Part shown: positions 1-9,145 of the stretch, piece by piece | Numbering within the stretch: position 1 is the first letter of the stretch | Layout: each line of letters opens with the position of its first letter | Virus record (IMG/VR): IMGVR_UViG_3300025705_000581 | Length of the DNA stretch: 64,000 nucleotides | Reading direction: 5' to 3' (one strand) | From: a virus | Notes under the pieces: generated by a model | Databases searched by the model: none | Told to the model about the DNA's origin: nothing | What the model saw: only the letters and a program-made list of their open reading frames with translations | Program-made: the position numbers and the translations under genes

Positions 1-1
1 C

Positions 2-193
2 TATAATGTAATTGATTTAAACCAACGTGGAATGAATTCTGCATCAGCAACCATTGATGTAGAAAGCATATATGGTCCTGCCTATAATGTAACAGTTAGC
101 CAACAAACCGACACCTCTTCTAAATCATTTAGTCTATCTGGCGTTTGCACAAACCCAAATGGGTGTGTTGTAAGTGTCGAGCAACACAATTAG
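2..193 (+). CDS. C-terminal fragment of a probable curlin-repeat-like secreted protein (runs off the window start)
   Basis: Open frame from base 2: YNVIDLNQRGMNSASATIDVES...VTVSQQTD...GVCTNPNGCVVSVEQHN*. Beta-strand N/Q/S pattern and a terminal C-x4-C loop resemble curlin-associated proteins. Confidence 0.5.
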   Translation, partial: YNVIDLNQRGMNSASATIDVESIYGPAYNVTVSQQTDTSSKSFSLSGVCTNPNGCVVSVEQHN

Positions 194-201
194 GAGAATC
201 A

Positions 202-552
202 ATGGATTTAATTTTAGGTTTGGCTTTGTCAACACACTTAGGTCTTTCCCAATCTTATAATGAAATTCATCCTCATATAAGAATATCAAATGATAAATAT
301 ATCGCAGGCGCATATTACAATAGCGTCGAAAATTTGAGTATATACTCAGGAATAAAATATAGTTATGGTGACATTGCAATAGAAGGAGGATTGGCTACAG
401 GTTATAACCCTCACCCAATAGCTCCTTATGGTAGGGTAACTTACGATTACGTGGATAATATAAAATTATTTGGGACAACGGCATATGAATCCAACGGTAA
501 AGAAGTCCGTGGAGGAATTGTCTTAGGAATAGAATTTATATTAAATCCATAG
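202..552 (+). CDS. small putative outer-membrane beta-barrel/exported protein
   Basis: GGAG RBS before ATG 202 (MDLILGLALSTHLG...), so the true start is probably 202 rather than 145. Alternating aromatic/Gly beta-strand pattern. Confidence 0.6.
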   Translation: MDLILGLALSTHLGLSQSYNEIHPHIRISNDKYIAGAYYNSVENLSIYSGIKYSYGDIAIEGGLATGYNPHPIAPYGRVTYDYVDNIKLFGTTAYESNGKEVRGGIVLGIEFILNP

Positions 553-560
553 GAGAAGCA

Positions 561-2564
561 ATGAAACATTTACTATTAACAACTGCATTAGTCATACCAA
601 GCTGGGCTTTTGCCGATACTTCAAGCTTACAAACATCATCCCACGGTTTATTAGAAAACCAATGGGTTAAAGCTGGGATCAATAAAGACTCAGGTACATT
701 TGGTTCTGGTAGTCGTACATCACCTGGCCTGTTATTTGACCCTGAAGGTTCAGGTACATTTAATCCTAGTTATGATTATCTGACACCAGGTACACCGTTT
801 GACGGCCAATCACTAAAAGTAGATGGTGTAAATAAAACAAATAACAACTCAGGTGGTGCAACTATTGTTGACTCCGATGGTTTGACCGATGGCACAGATA
901 GTTTAACATGGAGCGGTGACGTTGATGTTGATGGCGGTACATGGAATGTTGAAAATAAATTTATATTGGAAGATGATAAACCATATATTGATGTTGAAAC
1001 AAAAATCACCGCAGGTTCTGATGCAGATACTGTAGCATATGGCAAATTTATTGATCCCGACTCACAAGGTATGCCAGGAGATAGTTCATCAACAGATAAC
1101 GTACTTGGGTATTCAGGTGTTCCTGATACAAACATTGCCTTTTCAGAAGCAACTGTTTCAAAATATGCGTTAGGTGTTTATTCAACAGATACGAATACAA
1201 CCGCAGGTGTTAACAGATGGTCATCAGATGCAGCTTCATATGACGGAACAAGTTATACTGACGATGATGGCAATCCTGTAAACTACGGAAATTCTGATGA
1301 TACGATTGGTATTAGCTGGTCTTGGACTGGTGTATCAGCAGGTGATATTCTTTCAGCAAAGTATGCTTATATCTTTGGCCCATCAGCATTTGATGCACTT
1401 GATGATGCAGTCGATGGTGGAGCAGGTGGTGGAACTGCGGGTGAATTACCTTCAGGTTGGTCACTTGATGATGTTGGATCAGCAACAGACGCAGCGGAAA
1501 GCGGTGGAGAACCAGCAGCACCAACAGTTGTAAGTACTGCAACCGAAACTATTACTTCAACATCAGAAGCAGTAAGCACAACACTACCTGTTTTAACTGG
1601 TGCAATCACAACTCACGATGCATCAACTGATGCTGGTGTGCAAACTATTGACCGTGAAACTACTACAACGGTAACAACTCCGACAAATGTAACAACTACA
1701 AGCTTTGTCAGAACTACTGATACTATGAGTGATGGCAGTGAAGTTGTTACGGACGGTGAATCAACATCAACTACAGTTGTTCGTAATGATGCTGTTGTAA
1801 CTGTAACGGATCCCGGATCATTCGTTGGCCGTATGGATCAAGCATCACAATTAATCGGATTAAATACACACCGTAATTTAGATATAGCGGATGGTGTATC
1901 AATAGGTCGGATTAATCATTCAATGGGTGACAACTATGAAGCAACATCATCTGTTGTTGGCATTGGCCATACATTTGTAACTGAAGATGCATTGAGATTG
2001 AGCCTAGGTATTAATAGAATTGATACTACAATGTCAGAAGGTGGCGATGGTAAAGCATTAACAAATGCCGTAACTGTTGAGGCAGGAAAAGCAATTGAAG
2101 ATAAAGACATTACCGTTGTAGGACGAGTAAACATGGCTAAATCTGATATTGAATATTCAAGAACAATTGGTACTTTTTCTGCGGCAGGTGAAACATCAGC
2201 TTCTGACGTTTCTGCCGGGCTAACAATTGAAAAATCAACTGGTGCTATTAGACCTTTCGGTGGATTAACTATCGGTAAATCAAGCACTGATGGTTGGACT
2301 GAAACTGGTGACATTCAAGCTGTAATAACAACAGCTGAATCAGACACTGCATACCGTTATGGCACAATAGGTTTCAATATTGACGAAGGACCATTCAGCG
2401 CTACATTTAGTAAAAACATTGGCGACAATGATGCTGCTAATATAAGAATTGGTTTTGAACAAGAAATAAATGAATATGCTATTGTTGGTGTAGATTATAA
2501 CAGAACTTTGGATGAAGATAATTCAAGTAATTATTTCTCAGCAGGTGTTAAGATACGGTTTTAA
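561..2564 (+). CDS. autotransporter-like outer-membrane protein (signal peptide, acidic S/T/G-rich passenger, C-terminal beta-barrel)
   Basis: Signal MKHLLLTTALVIPSWAFA, Thr-rich linker, about 250-aa C-terminal amphipathic strands ending in the BAM-type signature GVKIRF. Confidence 0.7.
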   Translation: MKHLLLTTALVIPSWAFADTSSLQTSSHGLLENQWVKAGINKDSGTFGSGSRTSPGLLFDPEGSGTFNPSYDYLTPGTPFDGQSLKVDGVNKTNNNSGGATIVDSDGLTDGTDSLTWSGDVDVDGGTWNVENKFILEDDKPYIDVETKITAGSDADTVAYGKFIDPDSQGMPGDSSSTDNVLGYSGVPDTNIAFSEATVSKYALGVYSTDTNTTAGVNRWSSDAASYDGTSYTDDDGNPVNYGNSDDTIGISWSWTGVSAGDILSAKYAYIFGPSAFDALDDAVDGGAGGGTAGELPSGWSLDDVGSATDAAESGGEPAAPTVVSTATETITSTSEAVSTTLPVLTGAITTHDASTDAGVQTIDRETTTTVTTPTNVTTTSFVRTTDTMSDGSEVVTDGESTSTTVVRNDAVVTVTDPGSFVGRMDQASQLIGLNTHRNLDIADGVSIGRINHSMGDNYEATSSVVGIGHTFVTEDALRLSLGINRIDTTMSEGGDGKALTNAVTVEAGKAIEDKDITVVGRVNMAKSDIEYSRTIGTFSAAGETSASDVSAGLTIEKSTGAIRPFGGLTIGKSSTDGWTETGDIQAVITTAESDTAYRYGTIGFNIDEGPFSATFSKNIGDNDAANIRIGFEQEINEYAIVGVDYNRTLDEDNSSNYFSAGVKIRF

Positions 2565-3001
2565 ATCTCGGGTAACACCGCACCGCATTGTTCCATGATC
2601 TTATAGAGTGTGAGTAAGGCCTCACACTCAAATTCATGGTAGGTTTTTTGATTTAAAACAATTGTATCTAATTCAGGAATGTCCATAGGGGCTATTACAA
2701 TCTTATGAGGTAATAGCCCACCGACATTAACAAGACCTTCAACAATAGGAGAGTTTGCTCTTGTTGTAATACCGATGATACAGTCAGCAAAAGTTCCGTA
2801 TTCATATATCCATCTTTTATGCCAACCTTCATCACCACCCAAAGCGGTTAGGTGAACGGCGTCAGGTGCAAAGCAATGTTTGCCAAGATGCCTTGTCATA
2901 TCAGATGCACCGTGTTGAGCAATAGCAAGGTTTCCGCCATTGCCTACAATAGCAATCTTTGGTGAATGAGATATCTTTTGAATAATTTTAGGATCTATCA
3001 A
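2561..3001 (-). CDS. SIS-domain sugar-phosphate isomerase (GmhA-like)
   Basis: IAIVGNGGNLAIAQHGASDM resembles the GmhA GNGGSAADAQH motif. Confidence 0.7.
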   Translation of the reverse strand: MIDPKIIQKISHSPKIAIVGNGGNLAIAQHGASDMTRHLGKHCFAPDAVHLTALGGDEGWHKRWIYEYGTFADCIIGITTRANSPIVEGLVNVGGLLPHKIVIAPMDIPELDTIVLNQKTYHEFECEALLTLYKIMEQCGAVLPEI

Positions 3002-3677
3002 GGTATTCCTCCACCAATTTTATATCGTCTGGTACATCAACCGCGGGTGTACGTTCGTCAATCATATATGGTATAACATCAACCTTTCCTATAAATGCCA
3101 ATGTGTCTAATCCTTTATGAGCATTTACTAAATTCAAATCGTATTCTGGGTAATCCATAATTGTACCGAGATCGTAAGCATACAAGCCATTGATTCCAAC
3201 AAGATTAGGACTATCCATTAATTCACGGTCAGGTGTTCGTGTTAAGTAAACAATTTTACCGTTACTAATTACAGCTTTGACGACGTTAATATTACTTCGT
3301 TCTTCGTCTGTTAATGGGTAACAACATTGAACCATTCCTTCTTGTAATTCCAACATCTTTCGGATAACACCTGAAATCATATCAGCAGTCACGCAAGGTT
3401 CATCACTTTGAAGATTAACAAAATAATCGGCATCTGTTTGAATAACCGCCTCAGCAACTCGAGATGTACAAGTGTTATGGATCTTTTTTGTTTTAATTAA
3501 ATTGGGTGCCCAAATGTCATCGTATTCATCCGCAGCAACCCAAACATTTTTTAAGTCAGTACATTGTTTTGCGTTATCAATACAATGATTAAGAACAGCC
3601 TTACCGTTTACTTCGGCAAATATTTTGCTTGGAAAGCGAGTTGATCCTGTTCTTGCTGGTATAATACAATCAATCAT
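2988..3677 (-). CDS. KdsB/CMP-sugar cytidylyltransferase family protein
   Basis: IIPARTGSTRFPSK, NLQSDEP and C-terminal AVDVPDD motifs. Confidence 0.85.
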   Translation of the reverse strand: MIDCIIPARTGSTRFPSKIFAEVNGKAVLNHCIDNAKQCTDLKNVWVAADEYDDIWAPNLIKTKKIHNTCTSRVAEAVIQTDADYFVNLQSDEPCVTADMISGVIRKMLELQEGMVQCCYPLTDEERSNINVVKAVISNGKIVYLTRTPDRELMDSPNLVGINGLYAYDLGTIMDYPEYDLNLVNAHKGLDTLAFIGKVDVIPYMIDERTPAVDVPDDIKLVEEYLDRS

Positions 3678-4512
3678 TTAATATATTCCTTATTTCCTCG
3701 GGTTTCAAATATGATATAGTTGAATACTCGATAGGTGCGGATACAGCTTCATTTCTGAATTGTAATATTTTGTTTGGGCTGATACCCATAAATCCCCACG
3801 TGTCGGGTAAGTTATCATAATAGTGCGTATATTTGGTCGTCGGTGTTCCCGTCATTCCTGCGGTGTAATAAGTACCTCCATCATAACTAAAATGGTGTGT
3901 GGTTGATAACAGTGTATCATAGATTTCTTCCATTGTCAAGGAGTAATGAATAAATTTTACGTCATACCCAAACTCGTGAGCAATTTTAGTTATGTTCGGT
4001 AATATTGTTTTTTCTTTTTCCATTAATCCGCCGATCCGTCGCTTTGACATTAACGGTTCAGATTTATGAATTGAAATGAATTTACCTTTCTTATTCCATT
4101 GTTTTTTAAACGGCCATAATTGATTTACCGTCCAAGGTGTTGCAACTGTCTGTTTTTGTTCGTACCGATATATGCTTACAATCATTCCATTCTTAGGAGG
4201 TAGCATATTATTAAGAAACCATTTCATAACATCATATGAGGTTTCGGCATTACTAGGTTTACGTTTAAATGGATTGACAAATTGTTCAGGCCACATAATA
4301 GAAACACGATATGGTCCTTGAGCATAGTCTTCATCTGATATTAATTGTGCTTTAAAGAAAACATCACTTAATAAACACATAATAGTGCAGTGAGCATGGG
4401 CTGTATCAGCACAAAAACGTACTATGTGGGATGATGTTGGCAGTGAAATGCTTTTATTATTTTCACAACCTATATAAATAGTTTCAATCAGATTTGCCAT
4501 GATATAATCCAT
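3670..4512 (-). CDS. hypothetical protein, possibly a glycosyltransferase
   Basis: 280-aa ORF coupled to the kdsB-like gene. HFSYDGGTYYTAGMTGTP resembles GT-B C-terminal motifs. Confidence 0.5.
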   Translation of the reverse strand: MDYIMANLIETIYIGCENNKSISLPTSSHIVRFCADTAHAHCTIMCLLSDVFFKAQLISDEDYAQGPYRVSIMWPEQFVNPFKRKPSNAETSYDVMKWFLNNMLPPKNGMIVSIYRYEQKQTVATPWTVNQLWPFKKQWNKKGKFISIHKSEPLMSKRRIGGLMEKEKTILPNITKIAHEFGYDVKFIHYSLTMEEIYDTLLSTTHHFSYDGGTYYTAGMTGTPTTKYTHYYDNLPDTWGFMGISPNKILQFRNEAVSAPIEYSTISYLKPEEIRNILND

Positions 4513-4531
4513 TAATAAAATAGTATTTATA
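4473..4531. promoter_or_regulatory. back-to-back T4 late promoters (TATAAATA on + at 4473-4480 and on - at 4524-4531)
   Basis: Exact gp55 consensus on both strands between the divergent sugar operon and cyclase operon. Confidence 0.6.
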
Positions 4532-4543
4532 AGGAGTATAAGA

Positions 4544-4666
4544 ATGATAGGTCCAGAGAGATTTTGTAAAAAGTGTGGTCACCGCTGCCACTGTTATGCA
4601 TCAGACTGTAAAGAATGCGTCAATGATGTTTGCACAAGCTGCGACTGCAAGAAAGATAAAGAATGA
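4544..4666 (+). CDS. Cys-rich metallothionein-like micro-protein (40 aa)
   Basis: AAGGAG RBS. MIGPERFCKKCGHRCHCYASDCKECVNDVCTSCDCKKDKE* has 9 Cys and 2 His. ATGA overlap with the cyclase start. Below the ORF-track cutoff. Confidence 0.7.
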   Translation: MIGPERFCKKCGHRCHCYASDCKECVNDVCTSCDCKKDKE

Positions 4667-6708
4667 AAAAGATTTTATTATCTCCTATATGGAGCATATT
4701 ATTGTTAGGGTTATTTGCTTGGCTGCATACTATTAATCCTTCATTCATTGAAAGTTTAAGATTACGGTATTTTGACCAGCTTATTGTAAATCAAGAGGTT
4801 GTTCAAAATAACATTTATTCAGTAAACATTGATGAAGATGCAATAACCGAATATGGACAATGGCCATTTCCTAGACACGTATATTCAGAATTTATTATAG
4901 ACCTATACAATAGAGGTGCAGGTCTTGTTGTTTTAAATATTCTTATGTCTGAACCTGATAGATCCGGCGGAGATGAAGACCTTGCTATAACTATGCAGCA
5001 AGTACCAATAATTTTAACTATGCTTGGAGCTGAGGAGAACAAAAATGAAGCGATTAATCCAGGAGCCTCTATTATTAATAGCGATTATATTTCTCTCATT
5101 CCAAGTGTACCTGGGATTATCGCTAACATTAATGAGCTTGAAACTAATGCAGTGGGGTCGGGAATCATCAACACATTCCCAGAGATCGACGGGGTTACCC
5201 GACGAGCACCGTTGGTATTCGAGTCCGGGGGGAACCTCTTCCCTAATGTCACCCTTGAGGTATTGCGAGTCCTTGCCGGAGACCCATCCTTCCAAATCAA
5301 GTTGTCGCCGCTCGGGGTTGATAAATTAAGAATACCACAGTTTGGAATGATACCAACAAATGAGGTTGGCGAGGTATGGATAGATTGGTCTCAAGGTTAT
5401 CAATCAGAATCAATAATGAATTTGCCAGATGATTTAGGAGGTGCTGTTGTATTTGTTGGCCCAACAGCTGCAGGTACTATTCAACCTATATCAACGGCGA
5501 TTGGTGGAGTATATCCACAAGAGATACAAGCAGCAATGCTTGGTACTGTATTTAACGAATCAAACATTACACGGCACGCCGACGCAAAAGCATGGGGTGA
5601 ACTTGCTGCTTTAATTGTAGCAGGTTTATTAATAATTGGTTTATCCTATTGGACTTTTGTAGGTATCGGTGTATTCGTATTAACGATTGGCGGCTTTATA
5701 GGAGGGTCTATCTATGTATTCCAAAGTTCAAATTTGCTTATTGACGGTATTACTATTTCTGCTATGCTATTCCTCGTTGGTAGTTTACGGTATATTGTAA
5801 AATTCGTTGATGAGTTTTTACAGAAACAAGCAATCAAGAAACAATTTGCTGGTTACGCTTCACCAACAGTTGTTAAATTATTACAAGAAAACCCATCATT
5901 AGTTAAAGATGGTATGAAAAAAGAAGTTAGTATTGTGTTTAGTGATCTGCGTGGATTTACTCCATTGGGTGAGTCATTCGGTGATGATGTTGCAGGATTA
6001 ACTCGAATAATGAATGGATATATGGATGCAATCACAGAACCAGTTTTAGATGCTGATGGGATGATTATTAAGTATATTGGAGACGCTTCAATGCATATCC
6101 ATAATGCCCCAATCAACGACCCAAGCCATGCATCTAACTCCGTTCTTACAGCATTTAAAATGTTAAAGGCAGTGGACAGATTTAATGAAGAAGTTATTAT
6201 ACCTGATGGCCGTCCTCCTGTTGGTATGGGCGCTGGCATCAACACAGGGTTGGGATACATTGGTGAAATGGGAAGTACTAAACGTCATTCATATGATGTC
6301 CTTGGAGACGCTGTAAGTACAGCAGCTCGTGTAGAAAGTAAATGTAAAGAATACGGACAAGTATTATTAATCGGTGAAGCAACATATGAGCAAACTAAAA
6401 ACGAATTCTTCTACCTCAAAATAGATGATTTGCAAGTAAAAGGTAAAAGCGTAGGTTTAAGTATTTACACTGCACTTGATGATATAAGACAACCTTGGTA
6501 TTCAGCACAGAAAAAACACCAAGAAATGTATGATGCATACCAAGCACAAGATTTTGATAAAGCCATTGAAATATGCGGCATATTACATGGACACTTTGAT
6601 AATAAGATGGATGGATATTATGATATGTGGAAAGAAAGATGTGAATATATGAAAACACAAGACCTTCCAAATGATTGGAATGGTGTATTCATAGCGACAA
6701 CTAAATGA
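4663..6708 (+). CDS. CHASE2-domain membrane adenylate/guanylate cyclase (class III)
   Basis: CHASE2 (QWPFPR, DGVTRRAPL), three TM helices, catalytic FSDLRGFT, KYIGDA and YDVLGDAVSTAARVE. Confidence 0.92.
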   Translation: MKKILLSPIWSILLLGLFAWLHTINPSFIESLRLRYFDQLIVNQEVVQNNIYSVNIDEDAITEYGQWPFPRHVYSEFIIDLYNRGAGLVVLNILMSEPDRSGGDEDLAITMQQVPIILTMLGAEENKNEAINPGASIINSDYISLIPSVPGIIANINELETNAVGSGIINTFPEIDGVTRRAPLVFESGGNLFPNVTLEVLRVLAGDPSFQIKLSPLGVDKLRIPQFGMIPTNEVGEVWIDWSQGYQSESIMNLPDDLGGAVVFVGPTAAGTIQPISTAIGGVYPQEIQAAMLGTVFNESNITRHADAKAWGELAALIVAGLLIIGLSYWTFVGIGVFVLTIGGFIGGSIYVFQSSNLLIDGITISAMLFLVGSLRYIVKFVDEFLQKQAIKKQFAGYASPTVVKLLQENPSLVKDGMKKEVSIVFSDLRGFTPLGESFGDDVAGLTRIMNGYMDAITEPVLDADGMIIKYIGDASMHIHNAPINDPSHASNSVLTAFKMLKAVDRFNEEVIIPDGRPPVGMGAGINTGLGYIGEMGSTKRHSYDVLGDAVSTAARVESKCKEYGQVLLIGEATYEQTKNEFFYLKIDDLQVKGKSVGLSIYTALDDIRQPWYSAQKKHQEMYDAYQAQDFDKAIEICGILHGHFDNKMDGYYDMWKERCEYMKTQDLPNDWNGVFIATTK

Positions 6709-7013
6709 TTAAGACTTTATTTGAAATGTTTTTTAAAAATTATATTGATGAACAAATAGACAAACGGTTCACGGAGAATATGATTGAAAGATATTGGTCA
6801 CAAAAACAAAACGAAACAGCAAGGCGACTCCAAAAAGCAAGAGAACGCCACAAGATTGATTATCCGGCTTCATACGAGGCCGAATTACATACGCCCGAGC
6901 CCAAGGTATTGTCCAGTGGTGACTTACGATGGGACGACGCCAAATCCAGAGTACAATCAAAAACCAATGCATCTGCGTTAAAAGACAAACTAAAAGGATT
7001 AAAGAAATGTTGA
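6705..7013 (+). CDS. hypothetical protein
   Basis: Coupled ORF with ATGA overlap. Confidence 0.6.
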   Translation: MIKTLFEMFFKNYIDEQIDKRFTENMIERYWSQKQNETARRLQKARERHKIDYPASYEAELHTPEPKVLSSGDLRWDDAKSRVQSKTNASALKDKLKGLKKC

Positions 7014-7204
7014 GTAAACAATGCAAGGCACACTTAAAAGACGCCAATGAAACCGCACTTCAACATATGGGTAAAGCGTTATTGATTGCAGTAAAGCTGC
7101 AGTTATTGGTTCCTGTTGTAATTATACACAGCGTAGCGCCAAGATTTTTTACTAAAACCGCAACAACAGTAATGAAAGATATTTTAAAAGGTAGAGAGAA
7201 ATGA
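7007..7204 (+). CDS. small hypothetical membrane-associated protein (DUF6356-like)
   Basis: MLSKQCKAHLKDANETALQHM...IIHSVAPRFF; start adjusted to 7007. Confidence 0.6.
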   Translation: MLSKQCKAHLKDANETALQHMGKALLIAVKLQLLVPVVIIHSVAPRFFTKTATTVMKDILKGREK

Positions 7205-7941
7205 TAGAAAAATGCGCCACCATGGCCCAGTGTGCTCAAATAGCATATATGGACGGTAAAGAAGCAAAAGCTGAATATAAAAAGTTAGGTTATACACAAC
7301 ATAAATTTATTGAAAAGGATGGTGCTCAGGTACACCTTATTCAGAATAAGAACGAAATTGTTTTATGTTTCCGTGGTACAGAGCCTGGTGAATTTTCTGA
7401 TATTAAAGCAGATCTAAATGCTATGCCCGACAAAGCAAACAACGGATCAGGTCTTGTCCATAACGGATTTCAAACAGAAGTTGATAAAGTATGGGTTGCA
7501 ATTGAAGAAGCATTGGCAAAGGCAAAACCTAAAGACCTATTCATATGCGGACATTCATTAGGTGGCGCAATGGCAACAATTGCAACATCTCGTTTGGCTG
7601 ATGGTCCTTGGAGTCCTGTGGCATTATATACATATGGATCACCGAGAGTTGGTACTCGTAAATTCGTCAAGAGTTTTAAAAATGTTACTCACTATCGCCA
7701 TGTCAATAATAATGATTTGGTAACAACTGTACCGTTTGCACTTATTGGCTATAGACATCATTGCCCACCACGTTATATTAATTACTATGGTAATATTAGA
7801 AAAATGTCGAAGTGGCAAAGAATTAAAGACAAGTGGCGCGGCCGTTGGAGAGCATTGAAAAAAGGTATGCCTTTTGATGGTGCATATGACCACGGTATGA
7901 ACCATTACTGTAAATACACGGAGCAAAATAATGATAGGTAG
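7201..7941 (+). CDS. lipase class 3 family alpha/beta hydrolase
   Basis: FRGTE, VHNGF, GHSLGG nucleophile, YTYGSPRVG, NNNDLV and C-terminal DH. Confidence 0.9.
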   Translation: MIEKCATMAQCAQIAYMDGKEAKAEYKKLGYTQHKFIEKDGAQVHLIQNKNEIVLCFRGTEPGEFSDIKADLNAMPDKANNGSGLVHNGFQTEVDKVWVAIEEALAKAKPKDLFICGHSLGGAMATIATSRLADGPWSPVALYTYGSPRVGTRKFVKSFKNVTHYRHVNNNDLVTTVPFALIGYRHHCPPRYINYYGNIRKMSKWQRIKDKWRGRWRALKKGMPFDGAYDHGMNHYCKYTEQNNDR

Positions 7942-8233
7942 AATGTTGGAAGACACGTTATGGATCTACACCGCAATCGGCGGATCTATAATTGGCGCAG
8001 TTGTACTTGCTTATTTGAGTACAACACGCATTGGACTATGGGGCTATGCTAAATTTGATTTAATGATTGATTACTTAGTTGAGCGCTGGGGTTTAACCTG
8101 GCTTGAACAACCTGAAGACGCATGGCGAAAGAAGTATCCAAAAATCACTCAAAAGATTGATGATATGGAGCGCCGGCTAAATGCTGTTGAAGCAAAAGCT
8201 GGTGTTAAAATCCTAGGAGGAAAAAAGAAATGA
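7931..8233 (+). CDS. hypothetical membrane protein
   Basis: N-terminal TM segment, basic C-terminus. Confidence 0.65.
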   Translation: MIGRMLEDTLWIYTAIGGSIIGAVVLAYLSTTRIGLWGYAKFDLMIDYLVERWGLTWLEQPEDAWRKKYPKITQKIDDMERRLNAVEAKAGVKILGGKKK

Positions 8234-8388
8234 ATTGGATTAAAAACAGACTTAAGGAAAGAACAACTTGGGACGGCGGTGCATTGGTAGCACTCGGTAT
8301 GTTGGTTCTCTTCATGGCACCATTGGCAAAAATTGCTGCAGGCATTGCAATTGCCTGGGGCGCATGGACAATTTGGAAATCTGAATAA
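8230..8388 (+). CDS. small two-TM protein, holin-like (52 aa)
   Basis: MNWIKNRLKERTTWDGGALVALGMLVLFMAPLAKIAAGIAIAWGAWTIWKSE*; ATGA overlap. Confidence 0.6.
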   Translation: MNWIKNRLKERTTWDGGALVALGMLVLFMAPLAKIAAGIAIAWGAWTIWKSE

Positions 8389-8389
8389 G

Positions 8390-9145
8390 TTAGGCTTTCC
8401 GCCAATGTTCAAATGAAGGCAGTGTTCTACTATATTCGGCGACATTTGGTTTTCTTACAATCATAACATCTCCTGCCACACAAAACCTACTTAGTTTTAA
8501 ATCAGTTTTTGTTTTGAAACTTTGGAGGCCAGGTCCATCGTCACCTTCCTGTGCAACAATATCATGGTTAAGGTTTGATGGAAATATTAGTAGAACACCG
8601 TCCTTTACTGGGAATTGCCATGTTCTTGCATTTGCATAAGTCCAATTCCCACCTACGTGTTCACCAAAGAATTTTGAATAGGGCTCATTAGGATGAGCAT
8701 CACGTGGATCATAGAACCTAATATCACGGTGCCTTTGAATATTTACGTGTGGATAATACACCCATGAGATATGATTCTCAGCATGGTTGTGGATGTTTAT
8801 GGATGCTTTATCGGTTACATTAAAGAATGCTTTTGTTAGAAACAAATCAATCTTCATTCGGTTCACACCGATTGTCTCAAGGTACAGGTTCAAACAATTT
8901 GGTAATACTGTATCAAACCATTCCGCTAAGGCAGGATCATTGTGTACTTGCTCATAACCGATAAAGTCATGAGATACACCACTTTCCTTTGAATGTTTAA
9001 GATAAGCATCAAACCACAAATCTTTTTCTTTTTGAGTTACAGGTTTTCTAACTTCTGTGATTGTGGTTGGAAAAATAAAGTGATTTTGAAATTCACCTTC
9101 TTGAGTTGTCGGAAACTTTTCCTCATATCTAAATTGATTTGCCAT
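8390..9145 (-). CDS. 2OG-Fe(II) oxygenase (TIGR02466-like)
   Basis: HNHAENHISWVYY and LIFPSNLNH motifs. Confidence 0.8.
   Translation of the reverse strand: MANQFRYEEKFPTTQEGEFQNHFIFPTTITEVRKPVTQKEKDLWFDAYLKHSKESGVSHDFIGYEQVHNDPALAEWFDTVLPNCLNLYLETIGVNRMKIDLFLTKAFFNVTDKASINIHNHAENHISWVYYPHVNIQRHRDIRFYDPRDAHPNEPYSKFFGEHVGGNWTYANARTWQFPVKDGVLLIFPSNLNHDIVAQEGDDGPGLQSFKTKTDLKLSRFCVAGDVMIVRKPNVAEYSRTLPSFEHWRKA

Noticed and set aside
145-201. Upstream starts in the ORF track (145, 19998, 27286, 38262, 57365, 58157, 62355)
   Set aside because: They overlap neighbouring genes or promoters, and better RBS-supported starts lie downstream.
776-2314. Antisense ORFs inside the autotransporter, and similar shadow ORFs in gp39, gp46, gp43 and nrdB
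   Set aside because: They lie wholly opposite strong genes, lack RBSs and have S/P/T-biased shadow composition.
4663-6708. Cyclase as a Pycsar defence system
   Set aside because: It has a CHASE2/TM receptor architecture and adenine-type specificity residues, with no adjacent TIR or TM effector gene.
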